A stretch of 61,238 nucleotides of DNA, filler included, from Circinaria calcarea (lineage: Eukaryota), in assembly GCA_051942165.1 (NCBI GenBank). It is 5 parts of 5 records of this genome, joined end to end, with 100 filler letters (N's around TTAATTAATTAA, not from the genome) between each part and the next. Parts side by side here need not be neighbours in the genome. Positions count along the whole stretch, not along the records: positions 49,078 to 61,238 come from JAVECS010000605.1; 4 more parts are not named here. One strand, given 5' to 3'. The translations under genes and the position numbers were made by a program. Shown here one piece after another: positions 49,575 to 61,238 of the stretch; the first letter of the stretch is position 1; each line of letters begins with the position of its first letter. Under the pieces are notes generated by a model. It worked only from the letters and a program-made list of their open reading frames with translations, did not search any database and was not told the origin of the DNA.

Positions 49575-51075
49575 TGTGAGAGCGCTATAACGAGGATGAC
49601 GGACGTTGAAAAGTGATGGAGGTGTTCTGATAATTGGAGGCTTCAATGTCGGAATCCCATGGAGATGGGACGTTGAGACAAAGAATATCTTCAGTCCCAA
49701 ATCTCTTCACCTGTTTGTGGTCATGCCACGCAACGATGACACATATTCTAGTCAAGTTACCTGCTGGAAGCCTTATCGGTAACAACAAAATATGTGGATT
49801 GAGGTGGGGGTCAGCATGACATTAGGTACACTTGCTAGAGTCAATCAAATGGGGATAATATTATCAGGATTCAGCGGACCTCGTTTTGTACGTTTTGCTT
49901 TATTCAAATTGACATACGGTAGTTTGTCTTGAAACAGAGCCTTTGCCCTTTTGAAGTTACTTGCTAACAATACCCTTGGTGATACGTTCTACCTGCAGCA
50001 ACACTGCACAGAAACCGCCCTTTCGCGGCAGAGCATCTTGGCTCCCTACTGCGTCCTGATAAACTACTCGAGACCGGGAAGATGTTGATGGTGGGACCTC
50101 GCCACAACAGCATCTAACAAGCAGTCGAAGCTGACGATATCAGGGACGATACTATGGATCTCTGTTGGGAATCCATCCTATATCAGACGATTGAGACAAG
50201 TGGCACAGTACGAATTTTACAGTTGGCTTGCTGCCATCCTGCTGAATGAATGCACAGTTCTGGGAATATTCCCCGGTGGTTGGATGAGTGAAATAAAGGA
50301 TTGTATGGTAGGGCGAGCAGCGACCAAGCCAGTAAAGGCAATATCTCACAAGATCAGAGATCCTGGTGGCCGCTACTACTACTGGCAACGGTTACAACTC
50401 TGACTTTAGGTAGCGAGCACGGTTCACTTTCTACTGGCATGGCGGCTTTCGGTAGGCCGGTTCCTCCTAATCCTTTTCAGGCCGGAGCCCCTGAAGCCCC
50501 TATTACTGGTATGCTATTCCCCGTGAAAAACCGGCTCCTTGTCGGCATGCAATTTTGCACCTCCCATGCTTTTCACACTCGCTGAACAAGCCTATGAAGT
50601 TATTTTGTAGGTAGACTGTAATCCATAAAATTCAATCGCCAACGTAATAAATGTTAGCGATGCTGGACCAAACGCTTTAGTACCGTAGATGAAAGGGGTT
50701 GTTTTTCAACGTTAAGTGGGACCTGATTACGCTGCTGGCGCGTCGACGGCGACAAACTTTAGCCATGACGATGATGTGGAACCATCCAGTCAAGCGCTTA
50801 CTATTCAATACAACGATGCCATCTTGGCAATCCGACATCTCAAACTAGATTGGGGGACTGTAGGAGCCGCGCAAGCGCAGGTATTATTCTCGTGGTGCCA
50901 AGGGACACCATAAACAATGGAGTAACCCCACAAGACACCCTGTCCTTGCATTCGAATAAGGAGCCGATATGAAATGCCATACTCGTGCATTACTGGCATT
51001 TATCAATCCTGCTCCGACCATCTTCTTTATATCACCCATGGATCTGCCAGCCTCGGGGAATTGGGGACAGCGATC

Positions 51076-52508
51076 ATGGCACCGAATATGAATTCTACCC
51101 ATGACACGAAATGGTTAGATGTACACTTACCCATTCTTCACTCCATCTTCTTCAATGACAACTGTACTAACCCTTCGCATAGGGCCTCAGAGGGCTTGCA
51201 TCATTTCTGGTCGTGACGGCCCATATCAGCCGCTCTTTGGCTCCCTACCTCCTCTCCCCAGCCATGTCGGCCACGATGCCTCCGGTCCTCCTCCAATTGC
51301 CCTTCCTGCGCTGTTTGGTCATGGGAAGAGCTAGCGTGGCCGTCTTTGCCATATTATCTGGATATGTCAATGCACTTAAGCCTATCAAGCAAACAAGGGC
51401 CGGGAATATTGAGGCTGCTCTGTCGGGTATTGCAAAGAGCGCATTTCGGAGGACGGGTCGATTCGTGATCCCAGCTGTTGTAGCCACCACGCTGAGCTGG
51501 CTCGTATGTCAATTTGGTGCATATCGGCTTGCAAAGACAGTTGATTCGGCATGGATTCGTGATACCAGTCCCGCACCAAGTTCGTCATTTGCCGCTGCAC
51601 TTTCGGATCTCGTTTATAATATAATCACCACTTGGACTGATGGAGGGAACGAATATGACCGCATCCAATGGACACTTACTTATTTGCTCAGAGGATCAAT
51701 GCTGGTCTATTTAACAATGTTTGCGACTGCCTATGTTCAACCAAGATATAGAATTTTTGTATATGCTGTGATGTATATGTTCTATTGGAAGTCTGGGGAT
51801 GGTAAGATCTCCCCAAGAGGATAGGCGCAAAAGACTAATTCGATTCTCTTAGCCGTCATTGGCATCAATATCTACGCTGGACTGGTGCTGGCAGAATTCT
51901 CGCTCGATCAAGACGTTCAAACATATGCGTCCGAGCGACCCAAGATCTTCTCCGTCATGTCTTCCTCTTTGATCTTTCTAGGTCTTTACATGTTATCCTA
52001 TCCGGAGGACAACCCGGATTGGGCTCGCTGGTCGAATGCTATGACCAATTTTGGTCACTACATATTCCCTGCTAACTCGGAATACGCACGATTTTACCCC
52101 GGTCTCGGCGCCAACCTCCTCACCTTAGGAATCATCTTCAACCATACCGCGAAGAAAATTCTTTCGCATCCTGCTCTGTGCTGGCTCGGGAAGCTGAGCT
52201 TTGCTATTTACCTCCTTCATGCACCTCTCCTCCGTACGTTGCTAACTTGGATGCTATACGGAGCCTCATCTCGGCCACCATCACCAGGAAAGGATAAAGA
52301 AGGCAACAATCTGCCACTGGGATGGGTGCCTCCTGTCAGTCGGTGGCTGTGCTTCATACTTGTGCCCCTCTGGTATGTCATGATATATAAGATAGCGCAG
52401 GCCTGGGTTGCCTACGTTGATCCTTGGTGTGGTCGTTTAACCAATTGGTTAGAAGACAAGGCGTTCCGCGAAGAGGCTAAGATCGAGAAGCCACTTTTGT
52501 TGGCGTGA
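51076..52508 (+). CDS. Membrane O-acyltransferase, acyltransferase-3 family, 3 exons
   Basis: KWLD/GLRGLASFLVVTAH, GRASVAVFAILSGYV, FRRTGRF, QWTLTYLLRGS and LGKLSFAIYLLH; introns 51121-51183 and ~51802-51852. Confidence 0.9.
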
Positions 52509-53389
52509 ATGACCTACATTTTCTTATACAGTGTTTTGCATAGATGTAGAGATAGGATGGGCTCAAATAGTTGGATATGGTGTTCTATAGCGCATTAGCA
52601 GACGCAGTCCACCGCCTAGCATGGACGGTGATTGCATTGGTTGATAAGCAATATCATGTCCTGACTAGGGGTTTGTCAGGTGAATGTCTTGATCTGTGGT
52701 TATTTAATCACCCTAAATCTATTTTTAAACCTTGTTGCGAAATGACGTACGGAGTAGTGTCTGGTATTTCTTTACCCCTGTTTTCATCTCAATCCCGCTG
52801 CATGCTCGCCGAGGCTCAGTCTTCATCCAGGGTGAAACCCCGTTTATTCACCCATAAACATATCAACCTCCGCGGTCCAGTGGCATGCGCAACATCGTCG
52901 GAACCAAAAGATTCACCTTGCGCTCCCCAGCAAGCATACGGCCCCATATTACTAGTTTGTACTTGCGGCAGAGGTCTAGACCGCCTTTGAAATCGCTACC
53001 GCTAGATGCACACACCCTGATGCCTGCCATCGAGGAAAACACCCCAGCTCTCGAGATCTTATCTGGCCGTATCCTCCACCGCGAGGCGTGAAACTCACTT
53101 GCTTAATCCTCCCACCAACGCACTGTCTGAACACATTTCGATCCCTTTGCCAGCTCTCGGAGCGCAAGCTTTTTCGGCGACGACAGAGAAAGGAAAGACT
53201 TGCTCAAATTTAAAACCAAACAAACGGAGCACGGAGCAGCGTACAGGATGGGGGTCTCGCACACGAGGTGATTCACTGGGAAATCTATCTGAGTTTATTG
53301 CAAGAGCATACTGTTATCTTGGAACCAGCCCAGTCGAGACCAATCCTAGGTTCGTCCTCGAGTATAGAAAATAAGGACTTCCATACAGC

Positions 53390-56098
53390 ATGACTACTGC
53401 AACGTCTACCCGGCCCTCTGCTCGCACACCCTGGCCCTCTCATTCGCAGTCCCGCCAACGCCCAAAGCTGTCTACGACCCCGCTTGGCCTTCCCACACGG
53501 ACCCCGGCATCTGTGGGTCAATCTATGGCTCCCCTACTCTCAGCGAAGGCACGATCGCCATCGCAAACCCATGATCCGAGATCGCCGAGTCCCAGTTACT
53601 TCGGACTGGTAGTCGAAGCCGGAGGTAACCCACTGGACTCGAACGCAGGTATAAATGTCAAGGGCAACTGGAGTCCACCATCATCTGCAATCAGACCAGT
53701 GGCTGTGACGTCTCCAAAACACCTTCCACTAGATCCAAATGAAGAATTTGAGGCTTTCCGCAAACAATCAGAGACACATACCTTTAGTCTGGGTCATGGC
53801 AATTTGTCACATTTCAGCATGGGTTCCAGCTCAGGTCAACTCCCAACCTTGGGAAGTCTGGCGAATGCGAGCAGGGACCCACAGCAAATGGAGGTGGACT
53901 CATCATCCCAACCTACTAGTCCAAAGACTACATCAAATCGTCCACAACGCCGAAATTCAAAGGATGTCAATATAGCGCCTATATCTCGAACCACCGAGCA
54001 GAAGGTGCAGCTGGCGAGCACTCCTTCAATCTGCGATATCCCTTGTGCCGAATCTCCGTTAAAGATTCCTACCTCGGATCAGCCTAGATCGCAGAGGAAC
54101 CATCTCCTCCATGTTGATGACAGACATCCCCGACTGTCGCTACCAGGGAACAGAACTGATCCTCCCTCACCCTCTGCGTCCAACCGTCATCTCAAGCGTG
54201 CCGAGACTCTACCTTCATCTCTCAACCCAGAGGGTCCAGTAATGATTCCACCACAACAACTTGTAGATCTGTTCAATAACTGGCCAGGGGAGGTCTTGCT
54301 ACTTGACCTAAGAGTTTCTCCGCAGTATATGCAGTCTCGTATCAGGGGTGCTCTCAACCTATGTATTCCAACGACCCTTTTGAAACGACCATCCTTTAAT
54401 ATACAGAAATTGGCTGAAACATTCACCGAAGAAAAAGAGAAGGCAAAGTTTGCAGACTGGAAGCAATCGAAGTATATTGTTGTATACGACACAAGTGCCA
54501 CGCAGTTGAAAGATGCAGTGTCGTGCGTCAACACATTGAAAAAATTTGTTAATCAGGGTTGGCAAGGGGAAACTCTTATCGTCCGTGGAGGTTTCCTGGA
54601 CTTTTCGCGAAGATATCCAGATATGGTAGAGTCGAAATCGAATAGTAATACAGATGGCTCAAACAGGATCAATCTCTCCATTGATGCAAAAATGGCTGGA
54701 ATTATGCCTGTTATCGGAGGGTGCCCGATGCCCAGCAACCAAAGTGCGGCAAATCCATTTTTTGGCAACATCAGGCAGAATACCGATCTCATCGCGGGTG
54801 TGGGTCAGATGCCGATTAAACATCCAGCAGCACTCACTGAAAGGGAATTCATGGAATTACCACAGTGGATTCGCGAGGCGGCCGACCATCGAGACCAAGG
54901 CAAACTTGTTGCAGATCGATTTCTGAAGATAGAGAAAGCCGAACAAGCGCGCATGCAGAAGGCATTATCAGGAAATGTATCATATGGATTACCAACCCTG
55001 AGCTCGTCTCAATCGGTACAGCTCGCTGGCATCGAGAAGGGAACAAAGAACAGGTACAAGGACATGCTCCCATATGATCACTCGCGTGTACGATTACAAA
55101 ACGTGCCACCCGGTGGATGCGATTATGTCAATGCCAGTCACGTCAAGGCAGGGTGGAGTAATCGACAATACATTGCATCTCAAGCGCCTGTACCTGCGAC
55201 GTTCGAGGTAAGTCTCTTGCCTAGGAAATGTCTCGATAAATTATTTCTAACGTGTTTCAAGGACTTCTGGCGTGTTGTATGGGAACAGGATGCGAGGGTG
55301 ATTGTCATGCTGACCGCCGAGTCGGAAGGCGGTCAGCGCAAGTCCCATCCTTATTGGCTACCGAATGACTATGGCCCACTAAAACTGAAGTCCCTGTCAG
55401 AAAAGCACATCCCCTTAGAACCGTCTTCCAAACTTTCTCCAGGCAAGCTTACGTCGCCCCTAGAGCGGCCAGGTGTTGGTAGACGGCGTGCTACGAATCC
55501 GCTGGGAGCGGCGCTGAAGGATGCAACTCCTCTGCCAGACATAGAAGTACCTTACGTAACAATGCGGAAGCTGACACTTAGCCATGCCAATCACCCTTTT
55601 CAACCCTTACGTGAAATAACGCAGCTTCAGTATTCCAGCTGGCCTGATTTTGGAACGCCGGCACATCCAGCCCATGTCCTTGGGTTGGTGGAGAATTGTG
55701 CCGCAATAATCCGGAGCTATGCTGGATCACAGACCACAGATCCAAGCGCACCTGCTCAGGCGGGAGAGAAGCCGATTGTTGTGCACTGCAGCGCTGGGTG
55801 TGGCCGGACCGGTACTTTCTGTACAGTTGATAGCGTGGTAGATATGCTCAAACGGCAGAGGAATGCAAGAAAGGTCCGAAGCGAAGAGGAGATGGAGGTT
55901 GATCAGGAGGAATGGGCTTTGAGAGACGATGTGGATCTTATTGCAAAGGCAGTGGAAGACTTTAGGCTGCAGAGACTGAGCATGGTACAGACGCTAAGGC
56001 AGTTCGTCCTATGCTACGAGAGTGTTCTCGAATGGTTGGTTGGCGAAATGCCGGAAAGAGTAAAAAGAGAAGGACTTCGGAGGAGTTATCAGGGATAA
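53390..56098 (+). CDS. Tyrosine-protein phosphatase with rhodanese domain (Ptp2/Ptp3/Pyp1-type MAPK phosphatase)
   Basis: LLLDLR...RIRGALNLCIPTTLLKRPS; KNRYKDMLPYDHSRV; WPDFG; VHCSAGCGRTG; QRLSMVQT; 54-nt intron 55208-55261. Confidence 0.94.
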   Translation: MTTATSTRPSARTPWPSHSQSRQRPKLSTTPLGLPTRTPASVGQSMAPLLSAKARSPSQTHDPRSPSPSYFGLVVEAGGNPLDSNAGINVKGNWSPPSSAIRPVAVTSPKHLPLDPNEEFEAFRKQSETHTFSLGHGNLSHFSMGSSSGQLPTLGSLANASRDPQQMEVDSSSQPTSPKTTSNRPQRRNSKDVNIAPISRTTEQKVQLASTPSICDIPCAESPLKIPTSDQPRSQRNHLLHVDDRHPRLSLPGNRTDPPSPSASNRHLKRAETLPSSLNPEGPVMIPPQQLVDLFNNWPGEVLLLDLRVSPQYMQSRIRGALNLCIPTTLLKRPSFNIQKLAETFTEEKEKAKFADWKQSKYIVVYDTSATQLKDAVSCVNTLKKFVNQGWQGETLIVRGGFLDFSRRYPDMVESKSNSNTDGSNRINLSIDAKMAGIMPVIGGCPMPSNQSAANPFFGNIRQNTDLIAGVGQMPIKHPAALTEREFMELPQWIREAADHRDQGKLVADRFLKIEKAEQARMQKALSGNVSYGLPTLSSSQSVQLAGIEKGTKNRYKDMLPYDHSRVRLQNVPPGGCDYVNASHVKAGWSNRQYIASQAPVPATFEVSLLPRKCLDKLFLTCFKDFWRVVWEQDARVIVMLTAESEGGQRKSHPYWLPNDYGPLKLKSLSEKHIPLEPSSKLSPGKLTSPLERPGVGRRRATNPLGAALKDATPLPDIEVPYVTMRKLTLSHANHPFQPLREITQLQYSSWPDFGTPAHPAHVLGLVENCAAIIRSYAGSQTTDPSAPAQAGEKPIVVHCSAGCGRTGTFCTVDSVVDMLKRQRNARKVRSEEEMEVDQEEWALRDDVDLIAKAVEDFRLQRLSMVQTLRQFVLCYESVLEWLVGEMPERVKREGLRRSYQG

Positions 56099-56571
56099 TC
56101 ACAAACTGGCGTTAGGTTTCCAACGACAGTGGCGGGTCTCCGTCATGGTTGCATAACCCAGCCTGCTTCGTTTGCATGGGCCGCTGCATTGTCAGCGTTG
56201 ATTAGGATATGGTGTTGAGAGAAACTCATTGCTTGCGGGTACCCACAGAGGTCAGGGCGCTCTCTGACAGCTGGAGTCTCAGAGGGCACACGGTTAGACA
56301 GGAGTCTAGCTTAGTCCTCTTCAAAGCTTTAAGATGCCTAGTTTTGGATATGTGATGTCTGTGTTCATGATAGGTGTTGCATATATGTCATTCCCAATAC
56401 CTTGTACTCCCTTATTCCATCTTGCTCTAGCCCGTAGCCTCGTTAATACCTATTTACGGATTACGCGAGAACTTATAATCCACGTCAAACTGCAAACGTT
56501 AAAACGCGCCGATCAATGGTGCTCTTTCGCTGCCCGTGGCTGTATTGACGACCGCAACAGTTGAAAACATC

Positions 56572-59500
56572 ATGTCAAGTTTATTTGGCCAGGGTCAGAA
56601 CCCGCCGGTCAAGAATCTTTTCGGTGGCCTTGGTGGTACACCTTTATCGACCTCACACTCACAACCAGCTCAGTCAGCCAGTAGTCTCTTCGGCCAGACT
56701 CCTTCCCAACCAGCTCAGACAGCCATGGGCACCAACTTGTTCGGTGCAAGCAGTTCACAATCACAACAGCAACCACAGCCCTCGCTCTTCTCCAACCCTA
56801 TCGGACATTCAAAATCCTCAAGTTCGGGTGGACTCTTTAGTAACCTTGGCAATACACAGTCACAGCAAGCCAGTACTACAGCTGGCGGGAGTCAACCAAT
56901 CGCGGGATTGTTTGGAGGAAAACCAACGACTGAAGACCAATTGGCCCAGGGATTCGTTCCATTCGGAGCGAAGCCCTACCAGAAGCCGAACCAGGAGCCA
57001 AATAGCCTTGGGAATGGAGTTCATTCGGGATACTTTAGCAGCCTACTTGAAAAGGGAAAGAAGAGAGCGAGAAGACCGGATGAGGGTTCTACTTTTGGGG
57101 ATGTCCCTAGTCTACAACTGGGCCTAGGAGATATTGCTCAGCGGGTGAGGGCTCTCGGTGGCGTGGATTCACCAAGTCACGGCATTCGAAACGGGGACAG
57201 CAAGGCGTAAAGCATCAAGGAATGGGCCGGTATATGGGTTGCATATTTAGCTAATACATGGCTAGGCACTATCTGCTAGCTGCCTCAGGGGTAAATCCAG
57301 GGACAACTTTGCGCGATCTAAACTCCCTCAACTCTCAAGCGAATTCGTCGGCCCATGCTCAACAGCCCACGGAATGGGATCCGGACTCTCACAAGTACGT
57401 GGAGCAATTGCAGCAACGAATGACTACAAAGATGATTGCTGAAGGAATTGAACGCGCAAACCGCAGCTTTGATGCCTACCTGGAAGAGCATGTCGAAATT
57501 AATTGGGAGGCTCAACGCAAGAAGATATATGAACACTTTGGCCTAATGCCGACAGCTGGTGAGAGCTCCGCTGACTCGACAGATTATCTGAACCTAGGTG
57601 GGAAAGGAGGTTTTGGAAGATCTTCGCGTAAAGGGCGTGGATCTAATGCCGACCGGCCAGGCCAGAGTACAATGAAAAGGAGTATATTTGGCAATTCGGG
57701 TATGCAAAAGTCCGTTATTGGAACTCCTGGGGTTGGTTCTGGAAACGCGACACTATTTGGTGATTTCGAGGATAAAACAGGATCTGCCACCCCTGTACAG
57801 GATAATCGCGTCCTGAGGGAGAGGCAATCCCAATTCGCCGAAAAGGTGCAGAAACTTAACGGAGCCAGGCTACAGGAAATCGTATATCCAGTGTTGCAAG
57901 AATTCTCGAGTGTGGAAGGCCAGCCAGGGGGGGAGGTAAGCTTAGTCCCGGAAACACGCAGTCGACCGGTGGTTCTATATTAACGCAAAATCCATAGTCA
58001 CCTAGTCAACTAATCGATGCATACAAGGCGTTGATCGAGATTGTCGGGGAAAATCCGAATGCCAACCGTCCGACAGATCCCGACGCCGTTAAAGAACGCC
58101 AGTACGCTGACGAATATCTTGATGAAACACCCAACTCTCCCAAGGCCATGAACATCCGAAAGAGGATATTGGAAGGGTCCCGGCGAGCTTTGGAAAAGCA
58201 GTAGGTGGACCCCTATGCGCTCTTCTCGGCTCTTCCTGCATAAAGACACTAAGATCGGTTGTCCAGGTTCTTCAATCACCTTGAAACGCTTATCTCCAGA
58301 AACCCTCAAGAAGCTAAACTCGGCGGCATACCAACGACAATCAATAAAGTCCGGGCCTATGTCAGGATTCGAGATATCAGAAAAGACTTGAAACCAGACG
58401 ATATAACTCTGCAAGTCCTTAATGGCGACTACTGCTGGGCGCTGATATTTTTTCTCCTCCGAGGCGGCTTCCTCAAAGAAGCTGCGGATTATGTGACAAG
58501 CGAAGAAGTGTCATTTCGATCACTGGATCGTAACTTCGTTACCTATATAACGAAATATGCCAGTACCGAGGATCGGCGATTACCCCGTCAGCTCCACGAC
58601 CGGATCAACGCGGACTACCAGCAGCGCTCTCGTATGGTCCCCGAAAAATCGCTTGATCCGTATCGAATGGCCTGCTACAAGATCATAGGGAGATGCGAGC
58701 TAGGCAAGCGCAGTCTTGAAAACATCAGCCAAGGGGTGGAAGATTGGACATGGCTACAGTTTAGGCTTGCGAGGGAGGTCAATCGTGTTGAAGAAGTCGC
58801 TGGTGAAGTTTTCGGATTAGAAGAAGTCCGCAATACCATACGAGAGATTGGCCAACGGCATTTTCAAAAGGGATCAGAAGGTATCGGTGGTTATGGCACT
58901 TTTTTCTACCTGCAGGTTCTCGGAGGTCTCTTCGAGCAGGCAGTATCCTACCTCTACTCTTACTCTTACGTTGCAGCTGTACATTTTGCAATTGCGCTTG
59001 ATTTTTATGGACTTTTACGGACGTCAGCCTTTTCGGCATCGGAATCAGAGCTGTGTAAGACCTCTCACGCATTTGGCTTTAGGAAAGACTCTCACTAACA
59101 GGTGTGCAGTAACGTACAATACCAAGCAGCTCCCACAGATCAACTTTGGCCGTATGATAGGTTACTATACGCGCGACTTTCGTACTGGTAACGTCGAAGC
59201 AGCCGTTGATTACCTTACCTTGCTCTGCCTTAATGCTGATCTCCCCGGCGAACTGGGTAAATCACAGGCTTCTCTTTGTCATGAAGCGCTGCGTGAACTC
59301 GTGCTCGAGACTCGAGAGTTTGCACAGCTCCTTGGAGATATCCGGTCAGACGGAACAAGGATCAGAGGGGCCATTGAACAACGCTTGAAGCTCATTCGTC
59401 TTGCCGATCAAGAAGAATTCCTCAGGACTGTCACAATCCAAGCTGCACGAGTTGCCGACGATAATGGCAGGACAACCGACGCAGTACTGCTCTATCACCT

Positions 59501-60239
59501 CGCCGAGGACTACGATAACGTAATCGTTATTATCAATCGTGCCCTATCGGATACGATAGCTGTCGATATCGGATCAAAGAATCTTAGGCTACAGCCGCTG
59601 AAGCCAAGATCCCTCGGCAAGCAAAAAGAACAGCAAGCGCCAGAGGGCAGCAGCCTCAGTCTTACCACTGTTGATGATCCCGTCGTACTTGCCCGAAACA
59701 TGATTTCGCTGTACAATACCAATGCCCTTTATTACCAGAAAATCCGCCCCACTAATCGCGATATCTGTGGTGTACTGCTTCGGATGAGCGAGGCGAAAGG
59801 TCGGGTGGAAGCTGGACAGTGGGCTGAAGCTCTCGATGTAAGTGGACGCCCGTCTTCAATTGTACTTTTCGACATCTTATCTGACTCGAATCTTTAATAG
59901 ATTATATCGTCCCTGTCTCTTTTGCCTTTAAACGCCAGCTCTTCGATCCCCGTAATTCGCTCTCACGCCCAAACCCTTTCCACATTACCTCCAACCATTT
60001 CTCGTCTGATCGGACCCCTCCTCCTCTGGACGATGACCTGTATCAGTCATCAGCGCCAGCTGCTCCTCGGGGAAGGGCCCGATGGGTCCTTTGAGAGCGA
60101 GACACGACAAGAGATGCGAGAAGACCTGGTGTCGAAAGCCAAGGATCTGATGGTTTTTGCTGGACTCGTCAAGTTGAGGCTGGGGAACGGTGTCTGGGAC
60201 GGTCTGGTGGGTGGGGCTGGGGAAGTCGGCGTATATTAG
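56572..60239 (+). CDS. NIC96: Nucleoporin Nic96/Nup93, 6 exons
   Basis: FG-like N-terminus (SLFG, NLFG, GLFG); PSLQLGLGDI; KA/HYLLAASG; AKLGGIPT; WALIFFLLRGG; DPYRMACYKIIGRC; AVHFAIAL; ETREFAQLLGDI. Confidence 0.95.
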
Positions 60240-61002
60240 AGGACACTGTCAGCACGGTTAAAAGATCAAGAGCAGCAAGAATTGCAAAAATCCCATTCAC
60301 AGATGGGTTGAAGGTCAGTCATACAGTGGTATCATTACAGTTCGTTTTGCAGACAAAGGGCTCAGTTCTACTGTAAAGAATATGGATAGACGAAAGCTAT
60401 GAAGTACAAGATCCCAGAATCAACTGACCAAAAATATTTAATGTAAAAAGCCAGAGAAGAATAAAACGTCTCTTTCTCTTGGCTGCCTACATGCCTTGTT
60501 GAAGCATACCCCCATCCGTTACGATTCCAACTGCACAAGCAATCTCAGCCGCTCACATGGCCTCCAGTATATAACTCTACGCCAACTACTTCTTCTGCTT
60601 CATGACGCTCCATCCGACTGCTATTCACCGATTCACCACTTATAAATTCTGGCGGGGCTAGGTTAGGGCGTATAACAAACAGCATTTCGTCACGACTGAC
60701 GCACAACTCCTCGTTCTTGACATTGCCTCATCTGCGGAATTCCCCAGGTTTTCGTCTGGCGGAGAATTGGGGGTTCCCTCCCCCCTTGGACGGACGGCGG
60801 AGTCATTCTACTCCTGCTCATTCACGCTTTTTTTTGGGGGCTTTTGGCTTTTGGTGTAGTGAATGGGAGTTGAGAGGTGCTAAGTCATACGGGCAACTGC
60901 ATCGCAACAGCTGTCCACCCCACACCGCGCGTGTGTATACATATCTCCTCTTATTTCAGAACGGACTTTTGTTGTCTTGACATTGATGTCCGAGGTCGAC
61001 AA

Positions 61003-61036
61003 CAGCACGCAGCACGCAGCACGCAGCACGCAGCAC
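61003..61036 (+). repeat. (CAGCACG)n heptamer repeat
   Basis: About 5 tandem copies just upstream of the ATG at 61046. Confidence 0.8.
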
Positions 61037-61045
61037 ATAGCACCC

Positions 61046-61102
61046 ATGTCTCACCGTCCTCCCCACTCAAAATCACAATCACAATTATCACAACGACAAC
61101 GG

Positions 61103-61135
<33 letters not shown>

Positions 61136-61225
61136 GAAGGATCTCCCGACGGCAGCTCCACCGCAGACAGATGCGAAGAAGATGGCTTTGTGCTCATCGA
61201 CGAGGAGCAGATGAGTGCAGAATGG
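61046..61225 (+). CDS. Probable first exon of a truncated gene with polyQ tract
   Basis: MSHRPPHSKSQSQ...QQQQQQQQQQ...EEDGFVLIDEEQMSAEW followed by a gtatgt donor; the window ends shortly after. Confidence 0.45.
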
Positions 61226-61238
61226 GTATGTACGGCCC

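Noticed and set aside
49078..60239. F-box, acyltransferase, PTP and NIC96 as a functional cluster
   Set aside because: Unrelated functions and no backbone biosynthetic enzyme; an ordinary gene neighbourhood.

Overview
Fungal genomic DNA from a filamentous ascomycete (Pezizomycotina; a lichen-forming Lecanoromycete is my inference). It is not one locus. Five contigs of decreasing length (12181, 12168, 12165, 12163, 12161 bp) are joined by artificial 100-bp N44-TTAATTAATTAA-N44 linkers. Contigs 1, 2, 3 and 5 hold mostly conserved intron-containing genes: a divergent Myb-like pair, a Dal5-type MFS permease, a Utr2-like GH16, a She10-like KDEL protein, DOA10, a GCNA/SprT protease, MOG1, BUD20, ACO1, Mis14/NSL1, an F-box protein, an acyltransferase-3, a rhodanese-PTP and NIC96. 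Contig 4 (36815-48977) is an AT-richer accessory segment. It carries a small secreted protein, a decayed TPR gene, a degenerate pogo/Fot1 transposon with TIRs and TA target duplication, a 5'-truncated zf-3CxxC gene, and a three-gene orphan cassette bracketed by short repeat arrays. The best novelty candidates are (i) that cassette, which includes a stand-alone dsRBD-like micro-protein, and (ii) a tandem pair of paralogous ~85-aa Cys/His proteins in contig 1. Gene models and family calls come from reading splice sites and motifs by eye; no searches were run.
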